NCBI GenBank assembly: GCA_963825525.1
Contig: CAWGTN010000002.1
Coordinates: forward strand, 1,856,001 to 1,920,000
Direction of reading: 5' to 3'
From: an uncultured Chloroflexia bacterium
Lineage (GTDB): Bacteria; Chloroflexota; Limnocylindria; QHBO01
Length of the DNA stretch: 64,000 nucleotides
The position numbers and the translations under genes are program-made. Shown piece after piece: positions 29,726-38,675 of this stretch; positions within the stretch are counted from its first letter, which is position 1; each line of letters begins with the position of its first letter. The notes beneath the pieces were generated by a model. It saw only the letters and a program-made list of their open reading frames with translations. It did not search any database and was not told the DNA's origin.

Positions 29726-30958
29726 TCAGGGCTGCCAGATGGTGGTGTCGGGCCGGAAGATGACCCACGCGAACCAGAAGGGCTGGTCGTTGACCACCGG
29801 GTCAAGCCGCGTGCCCGCCATCGGCCCATCGATGGCCACGCCACCCGTGTTCCAGGTCGAGCCGGTTGCCGTGTCCGTCATGCGAGCGTCGCCGGCGGGC
29901 TCGAATTCGAGGGTTTCACCGTCGGGTCCCGTGCGCGAGTACACGACGGCCGAGCCGACCAGGTCGCCGCCGGCCACCGTGGCCTCACCGAGCCCGGATG
30001 AGGTGCCGGGCGCCCACAGGATCACGATCGGCTCACCGCCGACCTCATCGTTGACGAGTCCCACCTCGGCCAGGTCGGGCAACGGATAGGCGACCTCCTC
30101 CTCACCGAGCACGATGCCCACGATGCGGACCTTCGGATTGAGCCTGCCATCAAGGAGGGTCGTGTCCTGGAGGAGGAACGGGGTCGAATCGGCCCGGTCG
30201 TAGCCGCCATAGGGGTTTCGTCCGTAGTCTCGGCTGTGCCCGGTGTCGCGGGTGAGTACCTGGCCGTCGGGATGCAGGTCCTTGAACTGGGCCCAGCTGA
30301 CCAGCTGTGAGGGAAGAAACGCCAGCGCCGTGCCGCTGTACTCACCGACGATGCCGCGACCGGTCGCCTGCTGCCACCACGACTCGGTCTGCCGGTCGTA
30401 CATCACCAGGTCGGAGTGGCGAAGATTGCCGCTCACACCGAAGTCGAGCAGCCGGCCGTCGACCGTGCGGTCGAACGCGATGGCCGTGTGGCAGAGAGGG
30501 CAGAACGTGACCGCCAGCGAGGTCTCGCCGATCGTGTCGTTCACGATCTCGTGCCACATGAGGATCTGGATGGGGTAGGCGCGCCATTCCTCGTCGACGC
30601 CGACCATGATCACCGGCTCCTGGTCCTCGAGGAAGTCGACGGCGGAAACCTTGGCGAACTGCGGATCGTCGATGGCCGGAATGCCGTCCTTGCCCGGGCC
30701 ACCGCTGAGGAACTCGTTGAGCGGGACGTCATGACGGCTGAAGTCGGTCCCCCAGCCGGCCATGCTGACGCTCAGCCGATCTCCCGGACCCGGCGCGTCG
30801 GTGGGTGCGTCGGTGGCGTTCGACGTGGCGTCTGTGCCCGGTTCACTCTCCGGCACGGAAGCCCCACCTCCGCTCGGCGTCACGCTGCTGGTGCACGCGG
30901 CGAGCAGGAGCCCTCCTGCCAACATCGCGGTGATCGATCGTCGGTTCGGCCAGTTCAT
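29726..30958 (-). CDS. DUF3179 family lipoprotein
   Basis: Lipobox LAAC; GGPGKDGIPAID.P, RAYP..IL.WHEIVND, TFCPLC, FGVSG.L, MYDRQTESWWQQ, FWFAW. Confidence 0.9.
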   Translation of the reverse strand: MNWPNRRSITAMLAGGLLLAACTSSVTPSGGGASVPESEPGTDATSNATDAPTDAPGPGDRLSVSMAGWGTDFSRHDVPLNEFLSGGPGKDGIPAIDDPQFAKVSAVDFLEDQEPVIMVGVDEEWRAYPIQILMWHEIVNDTIGETSLAVTFCPLCHTAIAFDRTVDGRLLDFGVSGNLRHSDLVMYDRQTESWWQQATGRGIVGEYSGTALAFLPSQLVSWAQFKDLHPDGQVLTRDTGHSRDYGRNPYGGYDRADSTPFLLQDTTLLDGRLNPKVRIVGIVLGEEEVAYPLPDLAEVGLVNDEVGGEPIVILWAPGTSSGLGEATVAGGDLVGSAVVYSRTGPDGETLEFEPAGDARMTDTATGSTWNTGGVAIDGPMAGTRLDPVVNDQPFWFAWVIFRPDTTIWQP

Positions 30959-30991
30959 TCGATAAGCATCCTCGCTCGACCGTGCCCTCGC

Positions 30992-31007
30992 CGTAACGGG
31001 GATCACA
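30992..31007. promoter_or_regulatory. Crp/Fnr-type box shared by two divergent genes
   Basis: CGTAA-cgggga-TCACA; centre 30999.5 is 41.5 bp from both ATG 30958 (-) and ATG 31041 (+). Confidence 0.8.
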
Positions 31008-31040
31008 TCCGTGACGCGGGGTCAGCACGATGCTGGACGC

Positions 31041-31307
31041 ATGCAACTCATGAAACAGATCCTCGGCTCAACGGACACGTGCGAGCACCTTCCGGACAGC
31101 CCGCCGACCGCCCTTGCCAACGAGTGCCAGGAATGCGGCAGCGGCTTCAACATTCGACTCTGCGGCACGTGCGGTCACGTCGGCTGCTGCGACTCCCAGT
31201 CGGGGCACGCCCGAATCCACGCCAACGAGACCGGTCACCCGATCATCTACGCCGATCCCAAAGGCGGCGGCTTCGTCTGGTGCTACTCCCACAACCGCTA
31301 CCTGTAG
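31041..31307 (+). CDS. UBP-type zinc finger protein
   Basis: CEHL...CQEC...RLCGTCGHVGCCDS...HA..H...GHPII...WCY. Confidence 0.88.
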   Translation: MQLMKQILGSTDTCEHLPDSPPTALANECQECGSGFNIRLCGTCGHVGCCDSQSGHARIHANETGHPIIYADPKGGGFVWCYSHNRYL

Positions 31308-31312
31308 GCGCC

Positions 31313-32677
31313 TCAACCGGCCTCGAGCTCGCGATGGGCGTTCATGAAGGCCGTGCCCATCACGCGCGCCACCGTCGGAAAGGCGTGGATCGTGTCCGCC
31401 AGGACGGCCAGCGGCGTCCGGAGCTTCACCGCCAGGACGGCTTCGTGGATCGTCTCGCTGACGCCGGGTCCTGCCAGGAACACGCCGACCAGTACCTTGG
31501 CGGCCCGATCCACGACGATCGTGCAGTGGCCCGATGCTTCGGCGGTGTACCCCCTGGCCGACGTTCCCAGGTCCACGCTGAACTCGACCGCGTCGATCCC
31601 GAGCTCCTTCGCTTCGTCGAGCTTCAGGCCGACGGATGACGCCTCGGGATCGGTATAGATCGCGCGGGGGATCGCTGTGTGATCGGGGGTGACGTCGTCG
31701 CCGAGCGCCAGCTGCGCCGCGAGCTCGCCCTGGTAGTGGGCAAGGTGCGTGTGCATCTCCGGACCGCCCGCGTCGCCGATGAGGTAGACGTTCTCCGCGA
31801 TCCGCAGCTTCTCGTCGGGCGTCACGCGCCCCTTCTCCGGCGTCACACCGATGGAACCCAGGTTGAGCGCGTCGAGCGGCACGTCGCGACCGACGGCAAG
31901 CATGATCTCGTGGCCCTCGACGGTTGATCCGTCCGACAGCGTGACGACATGGGCGCCGTCGGAGCCTGCTGCGGCATCGACGCGCTCGGCGCGGACCCCG
32001 AGTCGCAGCGTGACACCCTCGCTCTTCAGCGCCTCGGCCACGAGCTCGCTGCTCTTCGGATGGTCCTTGTCGTTGATGTACTCCGCCGGGTGGATGATGG
32101 TCACGGGTACGCCGTAGCGGGCGAACACCTGGGAGAGCTCGACGCCGGTGGGGCCGGCACCCAGGATGACGAGGCTGCGCGGGAGCTCCCGCGTCGACGT
32201 GCCGTGCCGATTCGTCCAGGGCTCGATCGCATCCAGACCCGGCAGTGAGATGACCTTCGGGTGCGTGCCGACCGCGACGATCACTGCCCCTGCCTCGAGC
32301 TCGCGATCGGCCGCGCCCTCCGATACGACAGTGACGCGGCCGGGGCCGTCGAAGCGAGCCTCGCCGCGGATGACGGTCGCGCCGGCTCCCTCCAGCGACT
32401 TCACGTGGCCGTTGTCATCGGGGAAGTCGGTGCCCTCGCGGCTGATCATGTAGTCGCGGAAATCGCTCGCCTTCGACCAGTCGTAGTCGCCACCGTCGTG
32501 ATGCACCCGCGCGGCATGGAGCAGCGCCTTCGACGGCATGCAGGCCCAGAACGGGCAGGATCCGCCGAACAGCTCCTTGTCGATGACGGCGACCGAGGCC
32601 CCGCGCCCCGTCGCCAGGTGTACGGCGGCCTCGCCAGCGCTGCCGCCGCCGATGACCACGATGTCGAAGCGTTCCAT
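31313..32677 (-). CDS. Pyridine nucleotide-disulfide oxidoreductase (Lpd/MerA-like class I)
   Basis: IGGGSAG, GGSCPFWACMPSK, GAGPTG.E, IHAFPT. Confidence 0.9.
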   Translation of the reverse strand: MERFDIVVIGGGSAGEAAVHLATGRGASVAVIDKELFGGSCPFWACMPSKALLHAARVHHDGGDYDWSKASDFRDYMISREGTDFPDDNGHVKSLEGAGATVIRGEARFDGPGRVTVVSEGAADRELEAGAVIVAVGTHPKVISLPGLDAIEPWTNRHGTSTRELPRSLVILGAGPTGVELSQVFARYGVPVTIIHPAEYINDKDHPKSSELVAEALKSEGVTLRLGVRAERVDAAAGSDGAHVVTLSDGSTVEGHEIMLAVGRDVPLDALNLGSIGVTPEKGRVTPDEKLRIAENVYLIGDAGGPEMHTHLAHYQGELAAQLALGDDVTPDHTAIPRAIYTDPEASSVGLKLDEAKELGIDAVEFSVDLGTSARGYTAEASGHCTIVVDRAAKVLVGVFLAGPGVSETIHEAVLAVKLRTPLAVLADTIHAFPTVARVMGTAFMNAHRELEAG

Positions 32678-32778
32678 CCATGTCTCCCGATGTGTGATGC
32701 CCGATTGTGCGCCGACGCGCCACCAGCGCAGTGCATGTGGCGCGCCGGACCATGGTGGCACTGATGACGTGAGTCGCC

Positions 32779-32794
32779 TGTAAGCGCACTCACA
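32779..32794. promoter_or_regulatory. Crp/Fnr-type box for the leftward reductase promoter
   Basis: TGTAA-gcgcac-TCACA; centre is 41.5 bp from the start inferred from minus-strand -10 CACCAT (32752-32757). Confidence 0.75.
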
Positions 32795-32805
32795 GGAGCT
32801 GGCGG

Positions 32806-32821
32806 CGTGAGCGCGCTGACA
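32806..32821. promoter_or_regulatory. Crp/Fnr-type box for the rightward reductase
   Basis: CGTGA-gcgcgc-TGACA; centre is 40.5 bp before GTG 32854, which lies 6 nt after -10 TATCCT. Confidence 0.65.
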
Positions 32822-32853
32822 TCGTCGCGGACATCCATCGGTATCCTGCGGTG

Positions 32854-34284
32854 GTGAAGAAGTTCGATCTCATCGTCATCGGCAGCGGTTCCGGGCTCGA
32901 GGTGTCGGCCGCCGCGGCCGAGCGAGACCTGAAGGTTGCGGTCGTGGAGTCCGGCCCATTCGGCGGGACGTGCCTGAATCGCGGCTGCATCCCTTCGAAG
33001 ATGCTCGTTCACGTCGCCGACGTGGCGCAGTCGATCGCCGAGTCCGAGAAGTTCGGCCTCCACGCCTCGATCGATCGGATCGACTGGCCATTCATCGTCG
33101 AGCGCACGTTCCACGAGATCGACCAGGACAGCGCGAACATCCTCGGGGGCAATCGATCGGCCGAGAACATCACGGTGTTCCAGGGTGAAGCGACCTTCGT
33201 TGGGCCCAAGCGCCTCTCGGTGGACGGGGAGGAGATCGGGGCGGAGACCATCGTGATCGCGGCGGGCACGCGTCCGACTGCGCCCAAGGTGCCGGGTCTC
33301 GACGAGGTCGGGTACGAGACCACCGACACGATCATGCGCATCGGCCAGCTGCCACGCCGCCTTGCCATCCTGGGCGGAGGATTCGTCGCGGCCGAGCTTG
33401 GTCATGTCTTTCGGAGCCTAGGCACCGAGGTCACGATCATCTCGCGCGGGCGGACGATGCTATCGAACGAGGACCGCGACATCGCCGAGGCCATGACTGA
33501 GGCGTATCGGCGCCGGTTCACGCTCCTCCTCGAGTCGACCCTGACTTCGGTCTCGCGAGACGGCGACGCGATTCATCTCGCGGTCGGATCGGCCGGCGAT
33601 GGCGGAGCCGAGTCACAGGCCGTGGAGTGCGACGCGTTGCTGATCGCCACCGGCCGAGTCCCGAATACCGACCGGCTCGCCGTCGAGGCCACCGGGGTCG
33701 AGACGGACGAGCGCGGCTACGTGCGCACCGATGGCCGGCTGGAGACGAACGTGCCCGGCATCTGGGCTCTCGGCGACATCGTCGGTCGCTGGCACCTGAA
33801 GCACAGCGCGAACCTGGAGGCGGCCCACGTCGCGAACAACATCCTCAATCCCGATCAGTCGGCGGATGTCGACTACCACGCCATGCCGTGGGCGATCTTC
33901 GGCTCACCGCAGGTCGGCGGCGTGGGGCTCACCGAGAACGAGGCCGAGGAGCAGGGCCGCCCGTATGCGGTCGCACGCTATCCGTTCGCTCGGACCGCCT
34001 ACGGCTCATCGATCGACGATCACGACGGCTTCGTCAAGGTGCTGGCCGATCCGTCATCGGGCGAGATCCTCGGCTGTCATGTCATCGGCCACCAGGCGTC
34101 GGTCCTGGTCCAGGAGGCGGTCAACCTCATGAGATTCCGTCTCCCGATCGATGTCATCGCGCAGTCCATCTACATCCATCCCGCTCTCACCGAAGTGATG
34201 CAGGCAGCCTTCAGCTCCGTCGCGGGACAGATTGCCGCGTCCCGCCAGGGCCACGAGCACGAAGACGAACACGAGCATGCGTGA
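32854..34284 (+). CDS. Flavoprotein disulfide reductase, mycothione reductase/Lpd-like
   Basis: IGSGSG, GGTCLNRGCIPSK, LKHSANLEA, YIHPALTEV; His/Glu tail. Confidence 0.88.
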   Translation: MKKFDLIVIGSGSGLEVSAAAAERDLKVAVVESGPFGGTCLNRGCIPSKMLVHVADVAQSIAESEKFGLHASIDRIDWPFIVERTFHEIDQDSANILGGNRSAENITVFQGEATFVGPKRLSVDGEEIGAETIVIAAGTRPTAPKVPGLDEVGYETTDTIMRIGQLPRRLAILGGGFVAAELGHVFRSLGTEVTIISRGRTMLSNEDRDIAEAMTEAYRRRFTLLLESTLTSVSRDGDAIHLAVGSAGDGGAESQAVECDALLIATGRVPNTDRLAVEATGVETDERGYVRTDGRLETNVPGIWALGDIVGRWHLKHSANLEAAHVANNILNPDQSADVDYHAMPWAIFGSPQVGGVGLTENEAEEQGRPYAVARYPFARTAYGSSIDDHDGFVKVLADPSSGEILGCHVIGHQASVLVQEAVNLMRFRLPIDVIAQSIYIHPALTEVMQAAFSSVAGQIAASRQGHEHEDEHEHA

Positions 34285-34295
34285 TCGCCCTTACA
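34280..34295. promoter_or_regulatory. Crp/Fnr-type box upstream of tlpA-ccdA
   Basis: CGTGA-tcgccc-TTACA; centre 34287.5 is 41.5 bp before ATG 34329, with -10 GATGCT 6 nt before that ATG. Confidence 0.8.
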
Positions 34296-34328
34296 GCGCG
34301 TGACCCGGCCGGGCGCGATGCTCGGTCC

Positions 34329-34847
34329 ATGCCTCGATTTGCCGCGGCCGGCCTCGTGCTGGCACTCATCCTCGCCGCCTGCTCACCCTCGGCCGGCACG
34401 CCGCCCGATGCGCCCGACGCCGGGCCGCTGCTTGCCTACGAGCTCACCGACGTCCGCAGCGGCGAGACGTTCACCCTGGCCGAGCTATCCGCCGACCGGC
34501 CAGTCATCCTCGAGACGATGGCCATCTGGTGCACGACCTGTCTCAGTCAGCAGCGGGAAGTGGTCCAGGCCCACGAGCTGGCGGAGTTCCACTCGGTCGG
34601 GATCGACGTCGATCCCAACGAAGAGCCGGCCGACCTCGCGGACTACGCCGATCGCCAGGGCTTCGATTGGCGCTTCGTCAAGGCCGATGCGGAGCTCGTC
34701 AAGCTGCTCACGGATCGCTATGGCTTCGGCGTGACGAATCCGCCTTCGACGCCGACCTTCGTGGTCGCCGATGGGCAGGTCCGCGCGCTCGAGTTCGGCC
34801 GCGTGCGCAGCGCCGAGGAGCTGGTCGCCGAGCTCGGCGCCGGCTGA
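34329..34847 (+). CDS. TlpA/thioredoxin-like lipoprotein
   Basis: Lipobox LAAC, AIWCTTC, cis-Pro motif PSTPT. Confidence 0.85.
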   Translation: MPRFAAAGLVLALILAACSPSAGTPPDAPDAGPLLAYELTDVRSGETFTLAELSADRPVILETMAIWCTTCLSQQREVVQAHELAEFHSVGIDVDPNEEPADLADYADRQGFDWRFVKADAELVKLLTDRYGFGVTNPPSTPTFVVADGQVRALEFGRVRSAEELVAELGAG

Positions 34848-34859
34848 GCGCCGCACGCG

Positions 34860-35558
34860 ATGGAGGTTTACGTCGGGGCGCTGCTTGCCGGCATCGGTGC
34901 GACGATCACTCCCTGCATCCTGCCGCTGTACCCGGCGTTCCTCGCCTACGTCACGACGGGCGGGCCCCAGGCGGCCACGGTTCCTGCCGGCGGGCCACCG
35001 CCCAGTCCAGCGCTGCCGCCGGCGATTGCGGCCCTGATCGTCTGGGCCGGGGTCGTGACCGGGATGCTCGCGATCGGTGCGCTGATCGCCACGGTCGCCG
35101 TGCCCCTCGGCGACTTCAACCGGATCGTGCTGCCGATTGCCGACGCGCTCCTCATCGGCCTCGGCATCCTTCTCCTGGCCGGGGTCAACCCGTTTGCGAA
35201 GCTGCCCCAGCCATCGGCCTCCGCGTTGGGTGGACGCGGGCCGGAAGCCGGGGCCTTTCTCTATGGGCTCCTCTTCGCACCGATCGCCATCCCGTGCAGC
35301 GGACCGTTCCTGGTCGGCATCTTCGCCTTCAGCCTGACGATCGGTGACGCGCTGGGTCGCATCCTGTTCTTCGGGGTCTTCGGCGTTGGCTTCGGGCTCC
35401 CGCTCTTCCTGTTGGGGACCGTGGGCCAGGCACGGGGAGCACAGCTGGCGCGGGCACTGGTGCGCCACGAGCGTCCGCTGCAGCTCGTTCTCGGCGTGAC
35501 CCTCATCGCCGTCGGGATCTGGGACCTCTCGGTCAACCTGCCGCAGATCCTCGCCTGA
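34860..35558 (+). CDS. ccdA: Cytochrome c biogenesis / disulfide transporter CcdA
   Basis: TPCILPLYP and IPCSGP motifs; about 6 TM helices. Confidence 0.88.
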   Translation: MEVYVGALLAGIGATITPCILPLYPAFLAYVTTGGPQAATVPAGGPPPSPALPPAIAALIVWAGVVTGMLAIGALIATVAVPLGDFNRIVLPIADALLIGLGILLLAGVNPFAKLPQPSASALGGRGPEAGAFLYGLLFAPIAIPCSGPFLVGIFAFSLTIGDALGRILFFGVFGVGFGLPLFLLGTVGQARGAQLARALVRHERPLQLVLGVTLIAVGIWDLSVNLPQILA

Positions 35559-35564
35559 CGGCGG

Positions 35565-36359
35565 TCAGCCGATCCGGAGGAGCGGCCCGGCGTCGAAGAT
35601 GCCGTCGACTGCAACCCCGAGTCCCGTGAAGACGGATGCCGGGATCCCGATGTCGGCCAGGTACGGCACGCCTGCATGGCGCGGACCCTCACCGATCGAC
35701 ATGCCTCGTTTCGGAAGGGCCAGGGCGAGCGTGGCGTCGGCCGAGACGGCAGCCCCGGGACGCGCGCCGCTCGTTGCATCGATGCCCGACGGGATATCGA
35801 GGCTCAGCACCGCACCGGCACCCGCCCCGGCCATTTCGATCAGCGGGCGAAGCACCTCGTCCGGCGCTCCACGCAGGCTGTAGCCGATGAGCGCGTCGAT
35901 CACCGCGTCCGCGTGCTCGATCTCGCCGCGCAGCTCGTCATGAGACCGATCGTGCCTTGCCACAGCGGCCCGCACGCCGGCGGCGAGCAGCGGCTCGATC
36001 TGGGCGCACGGGGCGGGACGCAGTCGGAGAATCGGGTGGGCGAATGCGACGCACACGTCGGCGCCCCAGCCGGCCAACCGGCGCGCCGCGACGAGCCCGC
36101 CGCCCGCGTTGTTGCCGGTTCCCGCCAGGACGACGATGCGGCGACCCGCAACCGGGGAGCCGAGCGTGAGACGGGTCAGCTCGGCAAGCTGATGCCCGGC
36201 GTTCTCCATCATCTGGAGCAGGCTGAAGCCGATGCGGTCCGTGGCGATGCGATCGGCTTCCACCATGACCCGGCCGTCGACGAAAGGCACCTCGCCGATC
36301 GACGGTGAGGGGAGAACGGGAAGCGTCCAGCGGGCCGGAGTCATGTTGGGCGATGCCAT
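35565..36359 (-). CDS. nnrE: NAD(P)H-hydrate epimerase (YjeF_N)
   Basis: MMENAG, GTGNNAGGG..AAR, DALIG, SLDIPSG, LADIGIP; own ATG at 36359. Confidence 0.88.
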   Translation of the reverse strand: MASPNMTPARWTLPVLPSPSIGEVPFVDGRVMVEADRIATDRIGFSLLQMMENAGHQLAELTRLTLGSPVAGRRIVVLAGTGNNAGGGLVAARRLAGWGADVCVAFAHPILRLRPAPCAQIEPLLAAGVRAAVARHDRSHDELRGEIEHADAVIDALIGYSLRGAPDEVLRPLIEMAGAGAGAVLSLDIPSGIDATSGARPGAAVSADATLALALPKRGMSIGEGPRHAGVPYLADIGIPASVFTGLGVAVDGIFDAGPLLRIG

Positions 36360-36392
36360 GACGCCAGCCTGCGCCGACGGCGCCGAGTCCGC

Positions 36393-36408
36393 TGTAAGCG
36401 GGGCGACA
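36393..36408. promoter_or_regulatory. Crp/Fnr-type box upstream of nnrE
   Basis: TGTAA-gcgggg-CGACA; centre 36400.5 is 41.5 bp from ATG 36359, with -10 CAGGCT 6 nt before that ATG. Confidence 0.7.
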
Positions 36409-36415
36409 CGGCCAC

Positions 36416-37172
36416 TCAACCCTCGGCCAGCGCCTCGAGTCGCTCGCGGGTCGAGGACCACGACGCGCTGGCGGGCCATCTCGACGATGCCGCGCTCGCG
36501 GAGGGACGACACCGTGGTTGCGAGCGTCTCCCGCGATGTCCCGATCATGTCGGCGAGCTCCTGCTGAGTGAGCCGCGCGTCGATTGCCCCATCGGCGTCA
36601 TCGCGGCCGAAGCGTCGCAGCAGGTCGAGCAGACGCGCCGCGAGCCGCTGCTCGACCGAGCGGAAGGCCATGATCTCCCGCTCGCGCTCCGAGCTGGCGA
36701 GCCGATCGGACAGGTAGCGAATGATGTTGACGCCCACGGCCGGGAAGCGATCGATGAGCCGTCGCAGCTCCTCGGGGGTGAAGCTGCAGATGAGAGCCTC
36801 TTCGACCGCTTCGGCATAGACCTCACTGAGCTCCTGTCCGAGCCACGACATGCGCCCGACGATCCGGCCCTTGTCGAGGATCTCCAGTGTGAGCTGCTTG
36901 CCGTCGGGTGTGAGCCGATAGAGCCGCACGCGGCCGCGCTTCACGATGTAGAGGCGCTCGGCGTCATCGTCGGGCGAGGTCACCAGCCCGCCGACGGCGC
37001 ACGTCTGCATCGGCAGCGCCTGGCTCACCTGCTTGAGCTGTGCAGGCGTCAGTCCCGCGAACAGATCAACCTCGCGCAGCAGGCCGACCTTCAGATCGTC
37101 CTCGGTCAGCGCGGGTCCGGTCGGGGGTTGCATCGCGGGTCCGGCCTGCCGCTCGAAGAAGCGTTTCAGCAT
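36416..37172 (-). CDS. Crp/Fnr family transcriptional regulator (indel near 36450)
   Basis: LYIVKRGRVRL...DGKQL; HTH LTQQELADMIGTSRET; removing one base gives the end LDRERLEALAEG* at 36416. Confidence 0.9.
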
Positions 37173-37276
37173 GGGTCAATCATGCATCCAGTGCGCGATC
37201 CGCGGAAGTCACGCAGGAGGCGGGATGTCGCAACGGGTGCGCCCGCGATGAGCGCACCCGTCTTTGAGGGCGCGGG

Positions 37277-38011
37277 TCAGCTGACTCGCGCGACAGTGAT
37301 CTCGACGACCGGGTCGGTCCAGCCATGGACTCCCGGCACGAGGTCGTTGCCACCGGATATGCCGGCGTGGTGATGGATGACGCCACCTTCGGCCAGTGCG
37401 GGGTTCGTCATGCCGGTGCCCGCGTCGTCGGAGGTCACGCCGATGAGGCCCTGGCACGGAGGAACGATATCGGCGAAGTCCTCGGTGTTGATCTCGGTCC
37501 CGGCGTCGTAGCCGGCGCCGTTGACCGTCACGGCAGTGCCCACCTGGTTCGGGAGCTTCAGCCCGTCAACCCCGGTGAACCCGTCGTTCGTGCAGATCAG
37601 CATCGACTCATAGGACAGGAACTGCGCGCCCGGCCCAGCGGTGATCGTCAGTGTCACCGTGTTGCTGAACACGCCGAACAGCGGGGAGCCGATGGGAACC
37701 AGCGGTGCGCCTGCCGCGGTGAAGTCGGAGACGGCCGGATCCGCACCCAGCGAGCTCAGGAACGGTGAGAGGTTGCCGTTCTCGGCAATCTGCTGCGTAC
37801 CGAGGTTGGCGGCACGTCCAACCTGGAACAGGTGGGTCGAGCCCCGATGGGTGGCGATGAGCGGCGGCGTGAACGCCTGGCCGCTGGTCAGGTTGGTGAT
37901 GGTGACCTCGTAGGTCCGCTGCGGCGCGGCGAGCGTCGGTGAGACGGCCATGATGGCCAGGAGGGCTGCGCCAAGGAGCGGGCCCCCGATTCGTCGGTTG
38001 GATCGGTGCAT
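37277..38011 (-). CDS. Secreted spondin_N domain protein
   Basis: Signal peptide, YEVTITNLT.GQ.FTP, IAENG, MLICTNDGF.G, YDAGTE.N.E. Confidence 0.85.
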   Translation of the reverse strand: MHRSNRRIGGPLLGAALLAIMAVSPTLAAPQRTYEVTITNLTSGQAFTPPLIATHRGSTHLFQVGRAANLGTQQIAENGNLSPFLSSLGADPAVSDFTAAGAPLVPIGSPLFGVFSNTVTLTITAGPGAQFLSYESMLICTNDGFTGVDGLKLPNQVGTAVTVNGAGYDAGTEINTEDFADIVPPCQGLIGVTSDDAGTGMTNPALAEGGVIHHHAGISGGNDLVPGVHGWTDPVVEITVARVS

Positions 38012-38120
38012 GGTCAGTCCTCGTGATGCGGTGCCGCCTCGGTGAAGGCGGCTCGCCGTGCATCGTGGGCAGGGACCATGACGAGGGTATGGCCGCGGCG
38101 TGACGGTTCGGTGAAGGGGC

Positions 38121-38666
38121 TCAGCCTGCCACGGCGGAGGGATCGTCGCGGCGGAGGAGGATGCCGAGGTATGCCTTCCACGGCCCCACCTCGGCCTCAT
38201 GCGATCCGGCCATGCCGGCAAAGATCTGCGACACGTGGTCGAGGTCGTGGACGGCCCAGGTGGCGATCAGCTCGCGCAGTGTCACCTCTCCCAGTGATGG
38301 ATGGAGGCCGCGTCGGTCGAGATCAGTCTCGCTGGCGAGGTCGGCCAGCCGGGCGAGGTTCTCGGCGCGCAGGGTGGCAAAGCGCTCAACCAGGTCATCG
38401 AGCTCCGCTTCCGCGTCCCGCTCGGCGTGCGCAAAGCGATCGAACCGATCGAACGGGACGCTTGTCCCCTCGGTGAGGATGCGCTGCGTCCGCTCGATCC
38501 AGTCGTCGAGCTCGGCGGTGATCAGGTGGCCGACCACGTCGCGGGGCCGCCAGCCGTCGGCAACGTCGACCGTGTCGGTCCAGGACTCGGGCAGGTTTCG
38601 CAGCAGGACGCGCAGCAGCTCCGGCGTTCGGCGCAGAAGGTCGGTCGTCTCGTCGAGGAAAGCCAT
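38121..38666 (-). CDS. DinB family protein
   Basis: W.PRDVVGHL, WAVHDLDH..QI metal-binding His residues. Confidence 0.85.
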   Translation of the reverse strand: MAFLDETTDLLRRTPELLRVLLRNLPESWTDTVDVADGWRPRDVVGHLITAELDDWIERTQRILTEGTSVPFDRFDRFAHAERDAEAELDDLVERFATLRAENLARLADLASETDLDRRGLHPSLGEVTLRELIATWAVHDLDHVSQIFAGMAGSHEAEVGPWKAYLGILLRRDDPSAVAG

Positions 38667-38675
38667 GCGCCGATC

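Noticed and set aside
29726-35558. Selenocysteine recoding in DUF3179 or thioredoxin-like proteins
   Set aside because: All redox motifs use Cys codons (CPLC, CTTC, PC); no in-frame TGA.
35565-37172. Apparent Crp-NnrE fusion (535 aa)
   Set aside because: Removing one base ends Crp at 36416, and nnrE has its own -10, leaderless ATG and operator.
37190-37230. Autoregulatory Crp box upstream of crp
   Set aside because: Only a half-site (TCACG) with no correctly spaced partner.
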